Sequence record: SRR31156797_9613
Length of the DNA stretch: 44,772 nt
Reading direction: 5' to 3' (one strand)
The notes beneath the pieces were generated by a model. It worked only from the letters and a program-made list of their open reading frames with translations. It did no database searches and had not been told where the DNA came from. Positions 8,984 to 17,447 of the stretch are shown here, piece after piece (the first letter of the stretch is position 1; the number at the start of each line of letters is the position of its first letter). The position numbers and the translations under genes are program-made.

Positions 8984-9039
8984 GTCTACTTTTTACTTCT
9001 TACTTCCTTCTTCTAACTTTTTACTTCCTACTTCTTACT
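8984..9039 (+). repeat. Heptamer tract TYYTACT x8 (3' arm, complementary to 8528-8562)
   Basis: GTCTACT TTTTACT TCTTACT TCCTTCT TCTAACT TTTTACT TCCTACT TCTTACT. Confidence 0.85.
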
Positions 9040-9045
9040 CTGAAC

Positions 9046-9690
9046 CTAGTCTTTCTGTGTCATTCTCTTAAAAATATAGCCCCCCTTCACGGCTCCCCAT
9101 ACCTGCTTGCCGTTTTCATCATAACCCTGATCCCAGCTGTAGATTTGCCCCGGAGAAATGGAAACGATTGAGGTAGCATAGCTGGCGCCGCGCAAGGAAC
9201 TCTGGCATTCACCTTTTATGGTTGAACCTTCGTAGTGACCTTCGTGAGTTCTTTCAAGAAAAACACCGCAGCCTTCACGTTCCTTCAGAAAAGATTCTTC
9301 ATACTGGTCGAACCACTTCGGGGTTTTCCATTTGCCAATGGCAGCATCCGGATCCTCGAGTGCATAAACAGTGGTTTTAAATTTCTTTTTCCCGGTTTGT
9401 TCCACATGGTAAACCCGCTGGCGATACGGGCTTTCCTGCTTCTCAAACAGCGCCTGCTCAACGTACAGCCAGTTTCCTTCGCGGCCTTCCCAGATGGGGT
9501 ACATGTGCAGCGAAATATTGTAATAACTGCTGTCGGCAGCTTCCTGCTTGGCACTGTTGAAGGAACCTGTCATCATTTCCAGCAACTCATCGATAGAGGC
9601 TTCTGAAGCAGATTGTTTGGTTGTTTTGCAGGATGAGGCCAGGAAAATGACTACGGCAAAAAGGAAGATTGTTATGCTGAATGTTTTCAT
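9046..9690 (-). CDS. CpcT/CpeT chromophore-lyase family lipoprotein
   Basis: GSFNS, WLYVEQA, PYRQRVY, C.SSLRGASYATS and SWDQGYD.NG.QVWG motifs; lipobox LASSC. Confidence 0.85.
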   Translation of the reverse strand: MKTFSITIFLFAVVIFLASSCKTTKQSASEASIDELLEMMTGSFNSAKQEAADSSYYNISLHMYPIWEGREGNWLYVEQALFEKQESPYRQRVYHVEQTGKKKFKTTVYALEDPDAAIGKWKTPKWFDQYEESFLKEREGCGVFLERTHEGHYEGSTIKGECQSSLRGASYATSIVSISPGQIYSWDQGYDENGKQVWGAVKGGYIFKRMTQKD

Positions 9691-9701
9691 AATTTTCTGA
9701 A

Positions 9702-9733
9702 TTGGTTATTGGGTTACTGGGTTACTGGGTTAT
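9702..9733. repeat. Octamer tandem repeat TGGGTTAY x4
   Basis: TTGGTTAT TGGGTTAC TGGGTTAC TGGGTTAT. Confidence 0.8.
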
Positions 9734-9792
9734 TGAATAAATTCGATTTGAAAATGGTTTTCTTGATATGGTATTCCACAAAAAAATTCAAA

Positions 9793-10890
9793 TCAGGAAT
9801 TTATTGTAGAAATCTTTTCATCTTCCAATGTGTACATCCAACGCATGGCAGATACGGTGAGACAGGAGTGCACGGGCAAAATTCCTATGAAATCACCGAC
9901 AGCAGTTTCATTCATGAACTCTGGAGAAGCCTGTATGATGCCGTGTTCCTGTGACAGTGAAATCACCGAAGTTCCGGGAACAGGATTTCCCCATCCTAGT
10001 TTATTCAGTTTAACCAAATACCCAAAACATTTTTCACCGGCCGGATCCTGGATATAGTCCTTCGAAAAATGAACAGCACCTCCATATATCACAACCTGGT
10101 TTCTTATAGGATGTTTGGCCACCACCGGGCAGGCCATGGCCACGGCAATATCTCCGAACCGGCATGCACCCAATCTTTGTTGCATGACATCATAAAACAC
10201 AAAATTCCCCGGCCTGATCTCGTCGATATTTTCAAAATCATCAACCTGGCTCAATGCTGGTGTATCACCCATGGAGTAGGTTGCTTCGATACCCTCAGAT
10301 TTCATGTTGTCTTTCAATCCTGCAACCTTTTCCAGGGCATACTGATGGATTTCCTGAATTTCGTTTTCTCCGGAAGCGTGATAGGTATGTCCGTTATGGA
10401 TGATAAAACCTTTAAAAGTGAGTAAAGGTTTCCTTTGAATTTCTTTGATCAGCGAAACGATTTTTTGATAATCTTCAACATCCACTCCCGTGCGGTGGTA
10501 TCCGGCATCAAGTTTTATAAAAACCCCGACTTCGTTATTTAACCCTTCATCCAAAAAATGTATACCCTCAAAATTTTCGATCAGCACATTTATCGTCGCT
10601 TTTGATGCCAGTGAATTAATATCATCAACTTCGTGAGGATTCAGCGGAAAGGCAATGGTGATATCCTCCCATCCATCCTTTGCAAAATACCCGGCCATAC
10701 TTACAGAAGAAACTGTAATTTTTTTCAAACCCAGATCACGAAACCAGCGGCCAACAGCAATGGATTGATGGGTTTTAAAATGTGGTCGGAAAATCAGGTT
10801 TTGGTTATCTGCCCTTGCCATCATCCTTTTGAAATTAGCAAGGCATTTTTGTTTATCGAGGAGCAGGGTTGGGGTTTTGAGGTTCATCAT
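9793..10890 (-). CDS. PLP-dependent alanine-racemase-fold enzyme, D-threonine aldolase / D-serine dehydratase (DSD1) family
   Basis: TPTLLLD, RPHFKTH (PLP Lys), GYHRTGV, EIRPGNFVFYD, SQEHG and PVHSC motifs. Confidence 0.88.
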   Translation of the reverse strand: MMNLKTPTLLLDKQKCLANFKRMMARADNQNLIFRPHFKTHQSIAVGRWFRDLGLKKITVSSVSMAGYFAKDGWEDITIAFPLNPHEVDDINSLASKATINVLIENFEGIHFLDEGLNNEVGVFIKLDAGYHRTGVDVEDYQKIVSLIKEIQRKPLLTFKGFIIHNGHTYHASGENEIQEIHQYALEKVAGLKDNMKSEGIEATYSMGDTPALSQVDDFENIDEIRPGNFVFYDVMQQRLGACRFGDIAVAMACPVVAKHPIRNQVVIYGGAVHFSKDYIQDPAGEKCFGYLVKLNKLGWGNPVPGTSVISLSQEHGIIQASPEFMNETAVGDFIGILPVHSCLTVSAMRWMYTLEDEKISTINS

Positions 10891-11373
10891 ACTAAAAGTT
10901 CAATTTTTAGTTGTCAACTTTACCTGTGTCTATTTCGCGTTTTTATTAGATTGCCTCTTCCATTAACCATATATGAAAACGTCAAAATTAGAAGGGTGAT
11001 TGTAATACCTTGCATCCAAAACATACTGTTAATCTTTTTATTCAATAAATCAAATTTTGCTTCTACCCCATCAATCAATTTTCTCATCCATAGTTTTCTC
11101 AATAAGGTGATAATCAAATAAGGTGAATGAGATTTCTGCAGGATTCTGACAAAAAATTATCAACGAAAAATGAAAGATGTTTATAAGTATCACTGATCTT
11201 TTCATGCTGATATGAGTTTCAACAAAAGTAGGCTTTTACGCTAACTTTTACTTTGATAGTCAAAACTTTCCATCAAAAAAATTTAGTTGTGGGGCAGGCT
11301 ATGGCCATTTTTATACAGATGAAAATTTAGATTGATAACACTGCTATACCTGCTTTTTCTATTTTTGCCGGCT

Positions 11374-12540
11374 ATGTTGGCAAACATTGTACTGATCCTG
11401 TTTTATGTTGCTTCACCTGCGTTGATTCTCCATCTCAACCACCGCTATAAATTTGTCAACAAGCTGGGGGCAGTCGTAGTAGCATACCTTGTCGGGATCA
11501 TTGCCGGAAACCTGGGCATCATCCCCGAAGAAAGCAAACCGGTTCAGGATATCATCACCATGGTTACCATTCCACTGGCCATTCCCTTGCTGTTGTTTTC
11601 TTCGGATATCCGAAAATGGTTTTCGCTGGCAGGAACCACAGCACTGTCGATGCTTTTCGGTCTGGTGAGCGTGCTGATCATGGTATTTGTGGGATTTTTC
11701 ATTTTTCAGGATGATGGCTTTGCGGTTTTATGGAAAATTGGCGGAATGATGATCGGTGTTTATACCGGTGGAACACCCAATCTGGCTTCGCTCAAGATCA
11801 TGCTCAATATTGATGAGGAAATCTTCCTGCTCACACACACCTACGACATGATCCTTTCGGGGATCTATTTCCTATTCCTGATCAGTTTCGGGCAGCGGTT
11901 TTTCCTGCTGTTTCTGCGCCCCTTCAGGTTTAAACCAGATAATGAAAAATTATTAAAAAAGGATCTGGACGGACAAAACCCTTATGCCGGAATCTTTAGA
12001 AAACAGACCTTTTTACCACTGATCAAAACATTCGGCATTTCGATTTTAATATTTGCTGTTGCTGGCGGATTGTCGCTGATCGTGCCGGAGAACAGCCAGA
12101 TGGTTGTGGTAATCCTTGCGATAACTACTTTGGGAATTGGGGCATCCCTGGTACCATCCATCAATAAAACCGAGAAAACTTTTGAACTGGGCATGTACCT
12201 TATTCTGATATTTTCGGTGGATGTAGCCTCTATGGTCGATATCACAGAAATGGCCGGCAAAACGCCTACCCTCTTTTCGTATCTTGCACTGGTGGTTTTT
12301 GGATCACTGACTTTACATGTAATTTTCTCCAAAATTTTCAGGATCGACACCGACACCCTAATCGTTACCTCCACAGCCCTGATCTGCAGCCCGCCATTTG
12401 TGCCTGTTGTAGCCGGTGCACTCAAAAATCGTGAGATCGTCGTGTCTGGCCTTACTGTTGGGATTGTGGGTTATGCCATCGGAAATTACCTGGGATTTTT
12501 AGTGGCTGAGATGTTGAAATACCTCAGCCAGGTTTTCTAA
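11374..12540 (+). CDS. DUF819 family polytopic membrane protein
   Basis: About 10-12 TM helices, GVYTGGTPNL and GIVGYAIGNYLG motifs; ATG 11374 lies just after TATTTTTG (-7 box) at 11360-11367. Confidence 0.8.
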   Translation: MLANIVLILFYVASPALILHLNHRYKFVNKLGAVVVAYLVGIIAGNLGIIPEESKPVQDIITMVTIPLAIPLLLFSSDIRKWFSLAGTTALSMLFGLVSVLIMVFVGFFIFQDDGFAVLWKIGGMMIGVYTGGTPNLASLKIMLNIDEEIFLLTHTYDMILSGIYFLFLISFGQRFFLLFLRPFRFKPDNEKLLKKDLDGQNPYAGIFRKQTFLPLIKTFGISILIFAVAGGLSLIVPENSQMVVVILAITTLGIGASLVPSINKTEKTFELGMYLILIFSVDVASMVDITEMAGKTPTLFSYLALVVFGSLTLHVIFSKIFRIDTDTLIVTSTALICSPPFVPVVAGALKNREIVVSGLTVGIVGYAIGNYLGFLVAEMLKYLSQVF

Positions 12541-12829
12541 ATATTTAAACCTTCACTGCTTTTTTTGCGGAATTCTAAAAGCGCTTCATAATTTCTGAAT
12601 TTATTCATTTGTAACCTTTCGGCAGAATTTCTATTCCCTTGATCCACTCAGGGTAAAATCATTACCAACGGACTTTAAAATATTGTGATCACTGGGGAGA
12701 AGCAGCATCGAAAACAGGGCTCACAGATATCCCTTGAAAAACGCTTTTGATTCAACCTAAATTTCTAACTTTATCGAATTATTTCCTGCAGACAGATTAC
12801 CAAATTTGTAAATTCAATTCAACTAAACC

Positions 12830-14776
12830 ATGAAAAATATTTTTACCACTACAGTTCTTGTATTGATCATTTCTACCATCACCAACGCCCAATCCTGGGT
12901 TCAGGATGATGCCATATTCAATCCGAGCGGCATCCCGAGTCTGCCGTTCTCACAACCCCGTCTGGTTGATCTTGACGGTGACAATGACTTCGACTTGATA
13001 ATCGGCAGCATTAATGATGCGCCGGTATATTTTGTAAACACAGGTACACCGAACAATCCGTCATTTGAACCTGGCGATGATATCTTTAATATGGTGGATC
13101 CGCTGGATGCCGAATTGGCCGTTTTCACGGATATGGATGCTGACGACGACCTTGATATGGTTACCGGAGGCTATACCGGCTTACACCTTTTCCTGAATAC
13201 GGGTAGTCCGCAAAATCCTGTATTTGAGGAATCAGTAGGCTTTTTTACGGGTGTACAGGCCGGGCAAAATCCTGTTCCCGATTTTGCTGACCTTGACAAC
13301 GATGGCGACGCTGATATGGTGGTCGGATTCAGTGAAAGTGGAATAATTAAAATTTACTCCAATACCGGAACACCAACCGCCGGAGTATTTGATGAAACTT
13401 CGGTTTATGAGGTGGGTGATGTTGGATTGTATGCTTACCCGGTTTTTTGTGATCCGGACCACGATGATGATTTTGACCTGGTGGCAGGCCGGGATGGACA
13501 TGGATTTGTGACATACGAAAATACCGGATCCACTACCTCGGCAAGTTGGGACATCAATGAAATATTTCTGGAAGGTCTGGGAGGGGAAACGTACTGGAAC
13601 TCACCCACCCTGGCCGACCTGAATGGAAATGGTGAATCCGACATAATTTTTGGAACTGCTTCCGGTCCGCTGCAATATTTTGAACAGGATGGCTCGATGG
13701 CCTCACCGGACTGGTCAGAAAACACTTCGCTTTTTGGCGGTGTAATGGATGCGGGTGGTGCAAGTAATCCCTGTTTTTATGATTTTGATGGAGATGGAGA
13801 CCTTGACATGATCAGTGGCTCGCAACTTGGCGATATGAAATATTACCGGAATACCGGCACAATATCCGGCCCTGCATGGGAAGAATACAACAGCTATTTT
13901 ACTTCCATCGACCTTTCGATCTACAGCGATGTTTCTATCGGTGATCTTGATGGCGATAGTCTGCCTGATGCCATTTGCGGAGACCTCAGTGGTAACCTTT
14001 TTTACTATCGAAATACCGGAGAAGGCTTTGAACAGGAAACCGGTTTCCTGCAAGGCGTTTCGCTGGGTGGATGGTCCTCGCCATGCCTTTTTGATATGGA
14101 TGACGACGACGACCTGGACATTGTAGCAGGAGCCGAAAACGGTACCTTACACTATTTTGAAAACCAGGGTACACAGCAGGTAGCAGACTGGATTGAAATC
14201 CCGGATTATTTTGGTGGAATTGATGTTGGATCAAATTGCGTACCTGCTGCAGGCGATGTTGATTTCGACGGTGACCCTGACGTGGTTTGCGGAACACTGT
14301 TCGGTGGCCTGAAATGCTATCTCAACAACAATGGTTCATGGTTTGAAGATACCGAACTATTTTATGGCATTGAAGTAGATCAAAATGCTGCACCAGGTTT
14401 GGGGGATCTGGACAACGATGGGGATCCCGATCTGGCCCTGGGACAATATGACGGTACATTCAGCTACTTCAGGAATCAGCATTTTGTAACAAACATTCAT
14501 CATCAACAGTCGAGGAAATCTATTCACAAGCCTGTTGTTCAGCCCAATCCGGTGGAGGATGAATTTTCGATTCGCATCCAGCTTCAGGATCATTCACAAT
14601 TAAGTTGCCGAATATTAGGAATTGACGGGAAAGTATACGATGAACAACAAACCGAGCTCCCCCAATCCGGAAATTATACCCTCATGTTCACGGCTGAAAA
14701 CTGGCCTGCGGGAATCTATTTTGTTTACCTAATCACCGACATGGGTGCGACATACACTAAGTTTGTAAAAAAATAG
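12830..14776 (+). CDS. FG-GAP/VCBS repeat protein with T9SS type A C-terminal sorting domain
   Basis: Signal peptide (TNA-Q), many DxDxDGDxD Ca-binding repeats with Y.NTG, and C-terminal PNPV...GIYFV...KFVKK. Confidence 0.88.
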   Translation: MKNIFTTTVLVLIISTITNAQSWVQDDAIFNPSGIPSLPFSQPRLVDLDGDNDFDLIIGSINDAPVYFVNTGTPNNPSFEPGDDIFNMVDPLDAELAVFTDMDADDDLDMVTGGYTGLHLFLNTGSPQNPVFEESVGFFTGVQAGQNPVPDFADLDNDGDADMVVGFSESGIIKIYSNTGTPTAGVFDETSVYEVGDVGLYAYPVFCDPDHDDDFDLVAGRDGHGFVTYENTGSTTSASWDINEIFLEGLGGETYWNSPTLADLNGNGESDIIFGTASGPLQYFEQDGSMASPDWSENTSLFGGVMDAGGASNPCFYDFDGDGDLDMISGSQLGDMKYYRNTGTISGPAWEEYNSYFTSIDLSIYSDVSIGDLDGDSLPDAICGDLSGNLFYYRNTGEGFEQETGFLQGVSLGGWSSPCLFDMDDDDDLDIVAGAENGTLHYFENQGTQQVADWIEIPDYFGGIDVGSNCVPAAGDVDFDGDPDVVCGTLFGGLKCYLNNNGSWFEDTELFYGIEVDQNAAPGLGDLDNDGDPDLALGQYDGTFSYFRNQHFVTNIHHQQSRKSIHKPVVQPNPVEDEFSIRIQLQDHSQLSCRILGIDGKVYDEQQTELPQSGNYTLMFTAENWPAGIYFVYLITDMGATYTKFVKK

Positions 14777-15034
14777 TAATAACCTGATTTCGAAATAAGA
14801 GAATAGAAATACATTGCTCTCCAGTTGGTTATATATTCCATTAATTTGAGATAGTGGATAGGTGGAACAATGGAATTGTATAAAAAACCGATCCTTTCCA
14901 TTTCAACTTGAAGCAGTCAGTATGATAAGCCTGCTCAACGCTATCTACTTTGCTGCCTAAAATAAGGTACATATCCGATTTTCTCAATTGCCCGGTTCCA
15001 AAAGCGCGTTTCAAAAAACCACGCTGCAAGACAC

Positions 15035-15079
15035 AAAAAAAAAGCCATATGCTTCACAAAAGGAAACAAATGGCTTTTT
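15035..15079. terminator. Intrinsic terminator, probably bidirectional
   Basis: A9-GCCAT...ATGGC-T5 hairpin between the convergent FG-GAP and Omp28-like genes. Confidence 0.75.
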
Positions 15080-15100
15080 AAAAAATGGAGAATTACAAAT

Positions 15101-17230
15101 CTATTTCACAATAGTCATTTTCTGTGTAAATGATTCTTCACCGGCAGTAACTTTCACGAAATAAACACCATTGTCAAAGTCAGCAGTGTTTATAGTAAAC
15201 TGGTTCAGGCCGGCTCCCTGAGTATTATCTTGAATTTCGCTAACAAGCATTCCAATACTGTTGAAAATGCTTACAGTTACTTCTGAAGAATTATCAATGT
15301 AGTACTCAATGGTTGACTGGCTTGTAACCGGGTTGGGATAAATCCTTATCGGGTTGCTGGCATTCAACTCACCAATACCGGTACATGCATCTACCAAAAT
15401 ATCCTGCCCGGCAAAATTTTCGCAGCCATTACCATCCATGTATGTATAGGTAATGGTATGTGTTCCGGCACCGGCATCTTCGGGATAGAACCATCCGTCT
15501 ACTACACCAGGACCGGAATATACCCCGCCAGCAGGTGTACCTTCAGTCAGTTCAAAACCCGGCCAGTTCAAACACTGATCGCCAATTGCTGCAATTTGAA
15601 CATCAGGAAGATCCCAAACAGTGATGAAATCAGTTGATTCCATGGTGTTGCTATTTGTACCATCGGATACGGTTAAGGTAACATCATACGTGCCTGGTTG
15701 GGCATAATATACAGTTGGGTTTTGTTCATTTGATGTAGCCGGGTCGCCACCTTCAAATGTCCATTCCCATGAATTTACATCGCCATTTGACATATCTGTA
15801 AATTCAACGGTAAGTTCTTCACAACCTTCCGAAACATCACTTGAAAAAGCAGCCTGTACACCGTCAACCAGTGCGGTAAACTGCGATATTTCCCTGTAGG
15901 TAAATTCACCACCAGCGTAGATTGTAACCATGGATCCATTAACAAATGACCGTATAGAATAAAATGTTGTGATCCCGTCGCCGGATGAGTCATAAAGTAT
16001 AAACTGGTGGCATCCCATGATACTATAATATACAGTATCCTTTATAAAGGTGTTTGGTTCGGTAAACGGGCCACCTTCAGCAAGGACTTCGCCATTTGGT
16101 CCCAGAAATTCGTAGGTAGTTTCCTCAGGATTATTGTCTGTTTTCAGGATAAGTACCACATAATCGGTACACTCAAATGTAGCTTCAGTCCCGGTTGTAA
16201 TTTCATTATTGTCCGGATTTTGGTCATCTCCGCCATTTGGATTAGACACGGTAACCACGATTTCATTTTCATCAAGTGATTCGAAAGTAAATGCAGGTAT
16301 CTGGACTTCTTCAACAAAGGGGAAGAGCAATTCACCATTCCAGGTGTGTGTATAAGCAAGTTCGCCATTTATTTCAAAACTGATATCGCATGAGGTCAAT
16401 ACTTCGGCACCTTTATTTTTAATCTCAACAACCGGAGCAATTTCACCATAGCAAAGCCTAAGCGGAATTTCTGATACAGATGCAATCTCAACATCAAGAT
16501 TGTAAGCCGGAATTGCCATCGTTCTGAGTGTTCCCTGGAGGATTTCCTTGGTAGAGTTGTCCTGTACAAAAGCAATTAATTCACAGTTTTCTTCAACCCA
16601 ATACTGTTCGAGTTCAAAATCAAGTTCTATTGTCTGAATATCTCCACCGGAAAAATCAAGCGCAGTTCCATTTTGATTTGGTACCATCAGCCTGTTTGTC
16701 GAATTCACATCCTCTCCCAATCCCCAGTTGATATCCATTTGTGATTCGGTAACAACCAATTGCAATACCAGGTTTGTTCCGCTGTAATTTCCAACTTTTT
16801 CGATAACTGCTGTTGCAGAATAATTTTCACCTGATCCTTGTTCGAAGGAGAGATCAATGGTAAAGTCAGAAGGTACGGCGTTACGTTGGTTAACCTTGGT
16901 AAGGAACAAGGAATAAAGGCTTGAGGAACCTCCACCAACATGGGTTACAATCCCATCAAATTTTGTGGTAGGATAACCGGTAATTCCATAATAGTTATTT
17001 CTGGCATTTGAATACACATTGGCAAGAGAGTCGCCGTTGTGATTCGCAATTACAGCCACATTATGGCCGTTGTCGCGCAGGTCTTCAGCTCCTAGTGCTG
17101 CACCCGGGCAGTAGGGTCACCAGAAACCAGTTGCTTCTTCAACAACAACATGGTCGCGGGCAACCTGCTGTGCCGAAGCAAACTGTACCATGATAAACAT
17201 GGCCAGAACAGTAAGTAGTACGTTTCTCAT
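15101..17230 (-). CDS. Omp28/thioredoxin-fold T9SS cargo protein with in-frame TGA (putative selenocysteine, UPYC), Ig/CARDB-like, PKD and CTD domains; 709 aa
   Basis: ATG 17230 is in frame with the 652-aa ORF and gives MRNVLLTVLAMFIMVQFASA-QQVARDHVVVEEATGFW*PYCPGAA. TGA 17117-17119 is codon 38. PKD motif (WEWTFEGG...PTVYY...YDVTLTV) and IYPNP...GVYFVKV CTD follow. Confidence 0.8.
17074..17110 (-). promoter_or_regulatory. Candidate bacterial SECIS-like hairpin 3' of the in-frame UGA
   Basis: mRNA UGC-C-CGGGU-G-CAGC-ACUAGGA-GCUG-AAG-ACCUG-C-GCG folds by hand into a bulged stem-loop; the loop starts about 20 nt after UGA. Confidence 0.45.
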
Positions 17231-17286
17231 TGTAATAACTTTTAATTGGTGAATAGTTAATCAGTTTAATTGTTTTAATAAGTTTA

Positions 17287-17294
17287 CAAACTTA
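17287..17294 (-). promoter_or_regulatory. -7 promoter box TAAGTTTG for the TGA-containing gene
   Basis: Matches TAnnTTTG, 56 nt upstream of ATG 17230. Confidence 0.6.
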
Positions 17295-17387
17295 AATAAT
17301 TTTTTTAAAAAGTGTTAAATAAAAATGAATTTAGAACGATTCGAAATATTGTCAGGACATATATTCATATTTGAATATCTAAAACCA

Positions 17388-17428
17388 AAAGTCCTGAAAA
17401 ACAACTATATATTTTTTTTCAGGACTTT
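17388..17428 (-). terminator. Hairpin / likely terminator after the CxxC Omp28-like gene
   Basis: AAAGTCCTGAAAAA (17388-17401) and TTTTTCAGGACTTT (17415-17428) form a perfect inverted repeat. Confidence 0.65.
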
Positions 17429-17447
17429 CACTAAATATTAATCGGTC

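Noticed and set aside
8528-9039. Diversity-generating retroelement or rRNA intervening sequence
   Set aside because: No reverse transcriptase, TR/VR pair or rRNA sequence is visible near the Avd/IVP-like gene.
15035-15079. 3'-UTR (archaeal/eukaryotic-type) SECIS for the UGA gene
   Set aside because: The hairpin with A/T runs on both sides is fully explained as an intrinsic terminator.
15101-17059. ORF-track start at GTG 17059 (MAVIANH...)
   Set aside because: It gives a T9SS cargo with no signal peptide and a truncated Trx fold; the upstream in-frame ATG 17230 explains both.
17117-17119. Genome-wide UGA reassignment (genetic code 4 or 25)
   Set aside because: Several conserved genes here end at TGA at their expected C-termini, and no other gene needs internal TGA.
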